From NCBI GenBank assembly GCA_964270895.1, contig OZ185442.1: 64,000 nt of DNA, one strand, 5' to 3'. Shown here piece after piece: positions 40,090-51,529 of the stretch. The DNA comes from Podarcis filfolensis. Lineage: Eukaryota. The position numbers and the translations under genes were made by a program. The notes under the pieces are model-generated. The model was not told the DNA's origin. It did no database searches and worked only from the letters and a program-made list of their open reading frames with translations. Within the stretch, counting starts at the first letter, position 1. Each line of letters opens with the position of its first letter.

Positions 40090-40350
40090 CAGTGGCGTAG
40101 CGTGGGGGGTGCAGGGGGGGCCGACCGCACCGGGCGCAACATCTGGGGGGGGCGCTCGCACTCACAGCTCTCTGCCCCTACCTGGCTCACTCACTCTCTC
40201 TCACTGCAGTGCTGGCTGTGCAAATCCGATCCAAGCTGCCAGGTCGCCGCCCACTGTGGAGGGGGGGGGGTGCCAGGCGTGCGATGCGGAGAGAGGGAGC
40301 GCAAATTACTTGCCTTGCCCCGGATGCTGACAACCCATGCTACGCCACTG
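40090..40350. mobile_element. Young hAT-type MITE, 261 bp
   Basis: TIRs CAGTGGCGTAGCGTGGG / CCCATGCTACGCCACTG; perfect 8-bp TSD CCTCAGGA (40082-40089, 40351-40358); CpGs retained. Confidence 0.92.
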
Positions 40351-40399
40351 CCTCAGGAGGATTGTTAGTGGCAAAAGATATCTATGCATTATGCTACAC

Positions 40400-40630
40400 A
40401 GCCTGCTGTCCTCAAGATGTTTTGGACTACAATTCCCATCAGCCCCAGCATAATATGACCATTCTGCTAGACCATCTTGCTGATGGTGGTGGGGAAAACA
40501 GGCTGTTCAGCTGCAGGTCAAACACCCCTGCTCTGTCCCTTTGTCTGCTAGCTGATTTGAAAGTGCTGCCTCCATAGGATGATGGGAGTTGTAGTCCAAA
40601 ACCTTTGGAGGACACATGGCTAGAGAAGGT
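40400..40630. mobile_element. Palindromic MITE with inverted GGACTACAA(T/C)TCCCA arms
   Basis: GGACTACAATTCCCATCA at 40424 and TGATGGGAGTTGTAGTCC ending at 40597. Confidence 0.6.
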
Positions 40631-41796
40631 CTAGTTGCTATAAGTATGCTAGTCAGTAGTTTACAATCATGCCACAAAGGACCAATGATCGTGCACAAAC
40701 GCATTCCGCGAAGAACAGGAATCAATTTTGGGACAGAATCACAACTGCCCAGCTCAAATACACATCATAACCAGTGCTGAGTGTTTCCCTGCAGAAGAAG
40801 CAAAACCTCAAGCATCCACACTGCATTTGGCAAATTGGGTAGCAATTAAATGCCTAATTTTGTGCTATAAATTGATTGACTGGAAATCAATGCACCTTTT
40901 TGCTGTGGCTGCAATCTTCTAAGCAAGCCGGTGGTCCTTGGAGAAGTGCTCTTGGAATGATCCTGTTGAGGCTTTCATGTAAATTATATTCTGTTGGAAT
41001 CAGGTGAACCGTTTTTCCGGAACGCATCAAAGCTGGCTGATGTGGACTTTTTTGCTTCTATAAAGAAAAGTATTTGGGTTGCAGTGTGGAGAGGATCATT
41101 TGACAGGCAGGCACAGCAACAGAACATTTTCTACAAGGCCAGTTCCACTCAGCTCATCTGATGGGAAGTGTTGGGGCAGGACATGCAATTCGCGGATATA
41201 GTCAAAGCCCCTGGGCATGCTCTTAATGAGCTTTGTTCCAAAGAGCTACTGTTCCCACAGCAGCAACAGGAGGAAGGGAAGGAGGTGCTGTTATCAAATA
41301 GCCCATGATCTCACATCCTCTTCTTCAGATGGTCAGAGTTCACAGCACAACAGAAGCAGCGTTTCAGGAGGCAGAATCAATAATGAACGTATCTTATCAG
41401 CCTCCTAATGGGGTCAGGCTCATGGCTCGGTGCCTTCCTGGATGGAAAGAAAAATCTAATTTGCTTGGCAGTTTCAGGAAGGCAGAAGCAGCAGCTGTGA
41501 TGCAGAGCAACAAGCAGGCTTTAATTCTAATGTCTCCAAAGCAAAGCTTGATGGGCAGAGAAGCCATAACTGAAGGTGGAGGGGGCAGGGTAGGGTGCCA
41601 AAGCTCAGCTGCTGCTCAGCCCAGCTGTGCAATGTGGACTGTCCCAAGTTTCTGTGCACTGTGCTGAGAGGTCCTCTTTCTGAGCATAGCCAACAGGACT
41701 TGGGCTTCAGGAGAATGTGGTCAGCAAATCTTGCAGTTCTCAAGTCACTTCTGTAAAGTGCTACATGTGTTGACAGTGTGTAGCAGCAGTAGTAGC

Positions 41797-42130
41797 AGAC
41801 CCCGCAAGTGTCCCTATTTTCCAGGGACATCCCTAATTTAGAGAAGCCGACTCAGTTTCTTATTTGATCCCAGAATGCCCCACTTTTCCTTAGGATGTCC
41901 CTATTTCCACTGGAGAAATGTTGAAGGGTATGACGTTATCTGACCCTTGAGCCCCTTGAAGGCAGTCCTCTGTAGTGAAGTTTTTTAAAAAATGTTTTAT
42001 TAAGTTTTTATATATGTTGGAAGCTGCCCAGAGTGGCTGGGGCAGTCCAGTAAGATGTGTGGGGTATAAATAGTAAAATTATCATTATGGAATGGGATGT
42101 CCCTATTTTCATAGGAGAAATGTTGGAGGA
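41797..42130. mobile_element. Unclassified squamate interspersed repeat with a duplicated GGATGTCCCTATTT..GGAGAAATGTTG motif and a LINE-tail insert
   Basis: Motif seen at about 41894 and 42096; GCTGCCCAGAGTGGCTGGGGCA tail fragment in between. Confidence 0.5.
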
Positions 42131-42278
42131 TATTTATAATAATAATACTACTACTAATAATAATAATTAATTAATACATAAAATAACATGCACCTATAAT
42201 AAAAGTGAGCCCTGTCTGTGCTTTAGATGATCATACTCTGTTTTATTATATTTTTTGCTTAATGTTTATGTTCACACT

Positions 42279-42613
42279 GAGACGCGGTTAGCGCTGTGGT
42301 CTAAACCACTGAACCTAGGGCTTGCCGATCAGAAGGTCAGCAGTTCGAATCCCTGCGACGGGGTGAGCTCCCATTGCTCGGTCCCTGCTCCTGCCAACCT
42401 AGCAGTTCGAAAGCACGTCAAAGTGCAAGTAGATAACAGCATTTTCGGGTGCTGCTCTGGTTCACTAGAAGTGGCTTAGTCATGCTGGCCACATGACCTG
42501 GAAGCTGTCTGCAGACATACGCCGGCTCCCTTGGCCTGTAAAGCAAGATGAGCGTCGCAACCCCAGAGTCGTTCGCGACTGGACTTAACGGTCAGGGGTC
42601 CCTTTACCTTTAC
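42279..42613 (+). mobile_element. Sauria SINE, second subfamily variant (internal deletion relative to the 29603 copy)
   Basis: Head GAGACGCGG..GCGCTGTGG, B box GTTCGAATCCC, tail CCCTTTACCTTTAC; 11-bp TSD TTATGTT(C/T)ACA (42266-42276, 42614-42624). Confidence 0.92.
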
Positions 42614-43331
42614 TTATGTTTACAGCTATAGTTGTTCTGAAAGGAGCAGCATCCCATGAAGTTCCTCATTCCAAGTATGTTTTCCGGAACCTTACAATCC
42701 AATTCTTCACATTTTTTTCAAGTTTCTCATCAGGGTCCTGTTAAGCACTCAACTCTTTCCTGATGGCTGAAAAGTTCCAGAGGCAACACTTCAGGGCTTC
42801 CTTTCCTTTACATGCAAAGCCCTGGTTGTATCTTTGATATTTGCTTTATTTATAGCTATGCAAACAGAGCTTACTGGAAGCAGATCAACACCAGGTTAGC
42901 CAATCCACTTGCCCTGCGTCAGAGATCTGCACCGAAAGCTTGACCTTCAGGCTTCAGCCAACTCCCAGCTCCAAACGCTTTCTTGGTCTCTCTCTCCTAA
43001 CTGGCTCCAAAGCAGAGTTTCTCTGCCCAGTTCCTATTGGAGAGGCGGGCACGTTACAGGCCACAGGCCAGTGCTGGAGAGGAATTCCCTACTATCCTGG
43101 GCTTGGTTATACCTCTGACCAAGATGGACAAACTGAGAAGACCACTTTGAGGGTATTTACAACATTGCCTATGCTTATTTATTTGCCTCTTCATTTTCCA
43201 GTTCCTTTCATCCTTACAATTGGCTAAAATATTCCCTCCCTCTCCAGCTACAAAGTATATCAGAACCTAATGAACAAAGACAGACAACCAATGTTAAATC
43301 CTCATTGCAATCAGGCTGTAAATGATATAGC

Positions 43332-43364
43332 AGTAGTAGTAATAATAATAATAATAAAATTATT

Positions 43365-43403
<39 letters not shown>
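43332..43403. repeat. (AGT)3(AAT)n microsatellite with a short internal ATT inversion
   Basis: Directly visible. Confidence 0.95.
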
Positions 43404-43405
<2 letters not shown>

Positions 43406-44343
43406 AGCTTCTTTTAGCCAAATGTTCTAAAAGGCTTTGGTTATTGGCTTTTCGTTAGCCAATATATTTTAAAATGCTATGTACAGCCACCAGAGCACAA
43501 AAAAATGTCCCTTTTCTTTAACCCTTGATTATGTGAATCTTTTGCAACAGCTTTTCGGCCAGTGCTTTTTCCCAAATTTTGTTGTGCCATGTTGGAATAT
43601 TCAGGCCCTTTAAAATCTTCCCCAAACCAGCAGATCCCTGCAGCTATCAGAAGAATTTTAATAAAGAAGTTATTTTAATAAAGGTTACAACTCCTGTAAC
43701 GATGTTGAGCAATACTAACTCTGGAGTTTCAACAACACCCCCCCCGGCCCCCAGTAAAGTTTGATAGTTCTTTGAAAATCAAACCCTAGCATTGAGAAAG
43801 AAACCCTCAGCCTCTCCAACATGGTATTGTCCTTAGATGCATTAATGCAGGGGATTCTCAGAGCAAGATACCGTATTTGCAAGCTTTTCAATATCATTTC
43901 TCTGTACTTTGAGGTTGATTTATGGGGGAAGCTGTGCCTTTCTGCAGTGTCTGTTAATTTGGGGGTTCACACCTGCCTCTCTCCACCTTTAGCCACTACT
44001 TTTCTGTCAGCACATTTGTGGAATTTTCAGCTCAGAGCAACTGCAAGCCATTAACCAAGAGTCATCAGCATTCATCTTGAGGTCTGCTGTTGATGCTAAG
44101 TCAGGAGTGACAGTGAAGGACATCTGATTTCACATTGATGTTGTGGGTGGAATGCAAAGATTTGTACCATCTGTGTACATTTGCTCTTGCAACAAGCTTA
44201 CTCTGAAACCTCCTTTAGTAGGTGAGATATGTCAGACCGCCAACATTTTCAGCTTATAAAGTTTCGTATGGGTTTTAATTTTTGTATTTATTGCAAATCA
44301 TACTGAGTTTATTTTCTGAAAAAAGTGAATAATAAAAGCAGAA

Positions 44344-44388
<45 letters not shown>

Positions 44389-44411
44389 TATTATTATTAT
44401 TATTATTATTT
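44344..44411. repeat. (AAT)15 abutting (ATT)n: AT-only palindrome
   Basis: Directly visible; perfect 46-bp palindrome at 44365-44410. Confidence 0.95.
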
Positions 44412-44739
44412 AGGTTGTCCTTTCATTAAAATCACTATTGATTATTTTCATGGGCTTCTCACATCTTGAGTCCTTTCTGCTAATTAAAAGTTATATAAGC
44501 ATCCTGTTTTGAAAGTATGTAAGTTGAAGCATTTGTTTAGGACAGAGATGTGGCCCTCCAGATTTTGTTGGACTTGGACTATGTGTTATGAATTGACACA
44601 TTAAAAGAAGGATTTGCAGGCCAATTTTAGAGCCAAGAAACCATCGAAAAAGAAAAAAAAGCATTGGATTTGCTCTAGTTACAGTGTATTTTCCAATGTT
44701 TGGAAGGAAGCTTTAGTTGATGACATCATGATGGGCTTT

Positions 44740-44866
44740 GCACCCCACAAGAGCTGCCCAAGGGGCTTTTCAAGACCACCTGCTGTTGGCTAGTGTGTCA
44801 AGCAGGGTGCTGGACTCGATGGGCCTTTGATCTGATCCAGCTGCAGGGCTCTTCTTACAGTCTTAA
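44740..44866 (+). mobile_element. CR1 3' end fragment
   Basis: GGTGCTGGACTCGATGGGCCTTTGATCTGATCCAGC...TTCTTACAGTCTTA tail. Confidence 0.55.
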
Positions 44867-45827
44867 ATAGAAAGTAGGGACCGAAAGTGGGGGAGCACAT
44901 TACAAACATGACTGAGCACAGAATCATGTGGGTTTGTTCTTGCTAAGCTTCCAACATTCTTCCATCGTCATGGGAAAGTAAGAGAAACTCGTGGTTTTTC
45001 ACTGGAGATTTCCACTTGCATCTTAAATTAATTGTTCTGCCAATTCAGAAAGAGCCATTTGGCTTTCGGGCAATGCATTTGTTAATGATTTCACTGCCTT
45101 TTTCATTAGCTACTTTTGCATTAGCAGCTGGAGGCATTTGTCCTTACAGCTTCCAGAATTATTTTCTTAACAGTAAGAAAGAGGATGTGGCTTATAGGAG
45201 AGCCCTTTGTTAGAATCACGATCCCCAAAATTGCAGGCAATAAGCTTCAGACAGCAGCGCTAGGTAGAAGCACCTTGTTTAGCAGAACACGTTTCACCCA
45301 TAAGCCGTCTTCCTCACAGGCAAAAGCTTTCCTTGTGACTTATGCTGGTATACCCAGTTAAAACAGCTTATTCAAGTTTCCAGAGATTCTGTCTTCATGT
45401 GGTAAATTGCACGTGCAAATACAAGATTGCGGCCTGACTCTTTGGCTTCCTGTCTCTCGCACGCTCAGTATGACATTGAGGGTCATGATATTGTCTCATG
45501 TCTCTTGAAATCAGAGGCAGGGCTTTTAAGGAGAATTTTGATCAGCACAGCAGTAGAGTGATTGCAGTGTTTGTGCCTCACACATGCCACAACACACCTG
45601 TGCATTTTACATGTGTGTGCACAACATACTCTTTCTCAGAGCCACTGTTTATGACATACAGAAGACATCACTGAACAGCAGAACTGGGATTTGACAGCAC
45701 TAATGCACAAGCGTCTTGTGTTCAAGCTGTACACAGCAGGTGTCATGAACTCTAAGGAAACTTCATTTGGAGTCAAGGCTATAAGAAGAATGAAGAGCAA
45801 GAGAATGGACAATCCAGATGAACCCAT

Positions 45828-45834
45828 ACACACA

Positions 45835-45895
<61 letters not shown>
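45828..45895. repeat. (AC)12(AG)22 compound microsatellite
   Basis: Directly visible. Confidence 0.97.
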
Positions 45896-45897
<2 letters not shown>

Positions 45898-47877
45898 TAC
45901 TCAGCATCCCTGTTTATATATATTTTGGCATCACCACCCTCACTGTATCATGGACAACTTCACACAACTTATCAGGAAAGCAGTCCCCATGCAGAATTAT
46001 TTCATGAATACTGGAAACATTGGTGAACACACTGTGGAAAGTCCATTGCTGGATCAAACACTGTGGAAAGTCTATTGCTGGACCAAACACTTTGGAGGCC
46101 CCTAGGCAGTCGAAATCTCCCTTGCAAATTATTTCCTAAGAAAGCTTGATTATAATTTTCTTTTCAAGATCAAATCAATATTATTTTGAACTGGTGTTGC
46201 AGGGCCCCTCAGCCGGTGTCCACTCTGCTTATTTGGTAATCTAGCACTGGAAAAGTAGCAGTGTAATCTGTGGGGAATGTCTTTGGCATGGGGAGGAAAA
46301 GGAGGACTGCTTGATCAGGGTTTAGGGTCCCAGGGAATACTGGAAGACACACATCTCACATTATCCTCCATCACTTCCTTTTTTCGTCAGCTAACATTAT
46401 ACGTGTTTTGTAGAGCTCAGATTTTGAACTGCACAAATGTTTCCCTTTCTAACTGTGCCTGGCCCTGGATCTGCCTGCTTTGGGTCTGGCTGGTGGACAC
46501 AGCAGCTTCCGAGTCATTCCTCCTAAACCCATCCTAAACTCTGCTTGAAGGGCAGAGCCTAAGGTTTACAACATAACCTGTCCTCCTGCTCCTCCTAAGC
46601 TACCCTGCTTCCCACCAATTCTGTGTTAAAGCAAAACTGAACTGCCAGCCCAGTTAGCTTTTGCATAGAATTGTTTTGAGGGTGGGTGGGTAAGTGGGCT
46701 CTTGCCCTTACATGCTCAGTAGCCATTTGCTCCCATCCAAGCTAACACTGCTCAGTGGTTGCTGAACTCCTTGCAACTTCCCTACTGATACTGTCAACCG
46801 TTCGGCTTCACACCCACCCGCCCAATTCAGCTCTCCTCCAGATATAGCTTGGGGTGATGATGATGATGCCATAGCAGAGGCACCAGGAGCGTCCCAGTCT
46901 TCCTAGCTGCTTCCTGAAGTCACGTCTCAAGTGGGCACAGCTGCACCGCTGCTAGGCCAGGAAGCCAGGGCAGGAGCCAAGCGTCTGCGACTGAAGCTCA
47001 TTTCTCCTGACCTCTGGGTTAATGAATGCACACAGAGGCAACAGAGGGAACCCTGTTCTCGAGGTGGACAAAGAGAAGCGGCCACTGGCAGCTGCCGGGG
47101 TAGTGTTTATTATGCAGCAACTGAACACAAGTGGTAGAGGCGGCACGTATAAAACTTGTTGGCAGAAGACAGGAGCCAACCAGGGTGTGGTGTGTGCACA
47201 GCACAGGGGAGCAAGGTGCAACCTGGCACCTGTTGCCTTAGTGGCTTTTGTGTGTGCGGAGCAAAAGCCACCAGCGAGAGCCATCAGGGATTGCTACCTA
47301 AGAGGACCCAAAACCAAGGCCTTCTCTACAGCAGGAAGATGCAGACCAAAGTGCCCCTGGTCTATGTGTGTGGAAGAACCTGCTGCCTTTTCAACAAGGA
47401 AGTGCATGTAGGGCAAGCATACTTTGTTATTTTTATTATTAGATTTATTGCTACCCCTTCACCAGCAGGTCCCAGGGCAGGTGATTTAAAATTGAAACCA
47501 GCTAAAACAGATTACAGTCCCAGGAATAGTGTGGTTCCCCAAAAGACCTATCTCAGGCACCAGAGCCCAGACATCCACCCCATTCTTAGCCATCAGCATC
47601 ACTGGTGGCTTTGCAGGAGACACACAAGGTGGGTGTGGAAGAGAATATTCCCGTTGGCATTATAATCTCCACAAAATGATTAACGCACAACCGATACCTA
47701 ACTAAAATGGCAATTCTGGGAACAAAATGGGAAAACCCAGAGATACAGGCAGACATTATCCTATCGAAAACACAACTTTTAAAAAGAAATAGACACCAGA
47801 GAAAATTGCTGAAAGCGCACTTGGAGGCAAAATGAGTTCCACACTTCAAAACCTAAAGGTCAGCACAAATGTTGTGG

Positions 47878-47905
47878 TTTATTGGCAAGCTGTGAATGTT
47901 TTATT
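47878..47905 (-). terminator. Tandem AATAAA poly(A) signals, probable MMP15 3' end
   Basis: tttatt on + at 47878-47883 and 47900-47905; the first canonical hexamers I found downstream of the MMP15 stop, implying a 3'UTR of about 3.1 kb. Confidence 0.6.
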
Positions 47906-50900
47906 TTTTTGGTAGTTCTGAGCATTGAAAATTAATTGGCTTTTCAGTCTTTGCACTTAGGAGATGCACCAATATATTCGGCCCATCGAAGGCACGCTCC
48001 GAGAACAGCAGGCTGGCCCTCATCCCCACAGCAAAGCTGGGGTTTCATTTTCTCTTGCTGTTTTAAAGTTTCGGGGTTCAACCGTGTCTGAAGTTCTACT
48101 TGTGACCTGGTGCCCCCCTTTTCTTCTTCTTCTTTTTTTGCACATGACTCTGCTTTGCTCCCATCAATGTAAAAGCAGGAGACAGCTTGTTGTGGTTTTA
48201 GAATGGAGGGGGAAGAGAAAGTCGGTTTGGATGAAGGGCAGGGCTGGGGGAGACTGCTTGGGTTCAGGCCACAACCCCCACCCCACTACCACAGAGATGT
48301 CAACACTCACAGCAGCAAGTTTTACACCAGTGTATGCACAAAATTAGGCTCATTTTGCCAAGTCAGTCAACCTAGATATTGAATGACTTCTGCAACAACA
48401 ATAGAGGAAGAGGGAAGAGTTGGGGCCAGGACCCGAAGTGAGGATCAGGAGGAAAGAAGCAGATGCTGCCAGGCCTGGCCTGAACACGAGAACCTGGGTG
48501 CTCTTAAGAAAGGCAAAATGGTGTGTCTTTTAAACAACAACTATTTGATGTGTTCTGGAGCTCGCTTTTCTGGAAATAACATATTCAGGACAAATTGAGC
48601 TAGGCTTGAGCAAGGGGCTGAAGAGGGTCTCTCCAAGTAGGGGTGGTTTTGGTTTCTTCATGCAGACAGCCAGGTTTATATGTGGACTCCCACCCACCCA
48701 CAAAAAAGCCCCAAAATTATGTGCAATTGCTTACGCTGCATCATTAATTCTGCTTCCAAAACTCCAGGCTTTCAAAAATACATGTAATTATTATTAAAGA
48801 GAGAAATAGTGTAGAGATAAGAGGCTAAAAAGCCTATAGGAGGGCAGTGGGCAGGAACAGGGCCTGTGGGGCAACTCCTTGGCATGGGGGTTTCCCTTTT
48901 CAGAATCAAGGAGATTGTGTTCCTGTCATTGTAGAGAAGACTGAGGAGGGCAATCATGTTTTAAATACAAATGAGAAAGGGAGGGGGGATGAGAGAGGAT
49001 TCTCAGTCTGCTCAGCTTCAGAGATTCAGAGAACAGGAAGACAAGCCACAATATGGTGCTAATTTCAAGCATAAAAATATTAATATCTGTAAAGTTGAGA
49101 TGAAAACACCTAGAGAAGCCTCAGAAAGGGAAAAGAGCCATTAAATTAGATCTCCAGTGATTAGGGAAGGGGTAGGGGGTTCTTTGCTCTTTGGTCCTCA
49201 TTACCATTGACAGAAGCAGAATAAATGATCGTAAAAGCAGGCCCGCTTAATTTGTATAACATGTACAGGTTACAGAATCCTTCCTATTTACAGTCCAAAG
49301 AAATACACCCCAAAATGCTATGTGAAGGCACTTGGAAGTCACAGAAATCTATGTAAATCAATGCAACTTTGCTTCTTTTGCTTGTTGCGACGCAAGGCGG
49401 TTGGTAGTTGGAGGCAGAAACTCTGAGGCAAGAGAGTGGCCAAAGAGGAAGGGGGGCAGGCTCCCCCTCAAACACTGGGGCTGCTTGGAAGTGCATCTTG
49501 AGAGACCAAGGGAACTATAGCTGTGTTGCAAGGAGTGGTTGCAGAGTCTCTTTGGAAAGAACAAAACCTGTTAGGACAGCAGCCCTAGTGCCCAACTGAT
49601 CTCAACATAAATCTCTCATGGCCTTGAGCCGAGTTCTGCAACCCTGCATAGGTTTAGTAAGGCCATCCTCCTTGCACCTCCCACTTTCAGGAAAATGCAC
49701 ACTTGCGCAATTTCCGTGGCCAATTTTTCAGGTGAACTGCCTGTGCGAATGTCTCATGCACTCAGTTCACGCAAGGTGAGTGTACATCTCCACCTTCCTT
49801 GGGAGAGAGGATACATTCCATGGACAAACTGGTCCTCAGCCTTCCAAAGCCCAGGGGTTATCCTTACACCAGCTCAGGTCCCTCCTCTGAGGAGCTGAAT
49901 CATCGCCTACTCCAAAGTGATACAGGGGGGCCTCAGAAATCAAGCCACGTGGTCACTCCTCATTCACAGTTACAGCACAACACCCCCAACAGCCTCCAAG
50001 GCAGCCCAGCAACCCAAACCCCAGGGCTATGTCTGCATCAAGGCTATTCCACCCAGCAGAGTCTGCTTCCAAGATATGCAGCAAAGACCAGGGCAATGGG
50101 AACAAAGAGAAGTAGGAAATGCAGGGGGAGAGGTAGGTAAGGAGCAGTAGTCACATAGTGGGAAGGAGACAGTCACACAGACATGCACACACACAGGGCA
50201 CCCAAACAGTCCCTTCTCCAAATATTCCTGCGCAATCTCCTCACAGCAGTAGTAGCTCTGGCAATTACAGTAGAAAAGTTTCCCACGTTTTGCTCTGCAA
50301 ATGAAGAGGCAGGGTGGGAAGCACCTTTGAAAATAAAAGTCAAGGTTTTCAGGATGTCGGTTACTGAGCCCAAGGGAGAACACATCTGCAGCTATCCATG
50401 GGCACACCAACCTGTCCAGGGCAGCCCATTGGCTGGGGATGGGGGAGGACTCAGCAACTTGCCCTGGCAGGCAATGAAGTGTCTCTCCCACCCCCAAGGG
50501 GGCGGGGGGCATCAGGTCACAGTTTCTGGAGTACATGCACAGCAGGGGTGGCACAGACACAAATTGGGGAAGCAGGGCCCCCTCCTTCAGACCTGCAAAC
50601 AGGCCTGGACTGCCATGCGTGTATTAGGTAGACGAGGGGGGACGAGACCCACAGGTTAAGAGAAGGCCACATGCCGCACCCTTTCCAAAGGGCTGTCCGT
50701 CACTCGGGCAGGCCAATCAAACAGGGGAGGTCAGTCACACACCCTCCACCTGCCCATGCCTGGGGGGAGGCGGGGTCTCCAAGGCTGAGGCACAAAGGTA
50801 GGGATGGGGCACCTTCCTGTGAAAAGACTCTGCTGGGAGCCGTGGTCCAGACGAGCCCAGAGACTTCAAGAGCTTCTCCTCCAGAGATGCCCGGGGAAAG

Positions 50901-51008
50901 ACAAGGCAGTTTCCCCACCTGTCCTGTGCTCCAAAGCTCTTGATGGAGCTTGGAGGTGGTGCAGAAGCAGCAGCAGCAGCAGTAGCAGCAGCCAGGTCAG
51001 CTGTGGTT

Positions 51009-51529
51009 TCAGACCCAGTCCTGCAGGGAGCGCTTGCAATAGAGCAGCATGCGTGGGGTGCCCTTCCGCTGCAGCTGCACGATGACGTAGACGAGGCCCA
51101 GGATGCAGAGCAGCAGCAGCAGCAGCAGCGTCACCATGATGATGCTCATGGTCAGGGGGTAATCGTTAATGTGCACCACGATGTCCACATCGCTGCCATG
51201 GCCAGGACCCTGCTCCCGGCCGCCTCCCACGCCATCACTATAATCGTCCTCCGCTTCGGTTTCCTTGTCCTTCTCTGCAGGGTGAGTGTCCACGGCGTTG
51301 TCTTCCTCATCCACCACCACCTCCTCTTCCTTGTCCTGTCCCGGGCCATCGGGGCGGGAGGGGGGCTTGCCCACATCGGGCCACCTGCGGCCGGGGTCGG
51401 GGTTTGTGGCCACCTCGTCGTGGCATCCCATGAAGTCCCGCAGGATCGACTTGGGGTACCCGGGTTCTGTTTTCAGCCGCTCATTGTCAAACTTCCAGTA
51501 CATTCTGCCTTTGTAGAAGTAAGTGTAGG
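51009..51529 (-). CDS. MMP15: MMP15 exon 10 coding part (stalk, TM, cytoplasmic tail)
   Basis: ttccag|CC TAC ACT...TGG GTC TGA; [35 protein letters not shown]...[12 protein letters not shown]. Confidence 0.97.

Noticed and set aside
45691-46105. ORFs with (HT)n/(ER)n runs
   Set aside because: Translations of the (AC)n(AG)n microsatellite.
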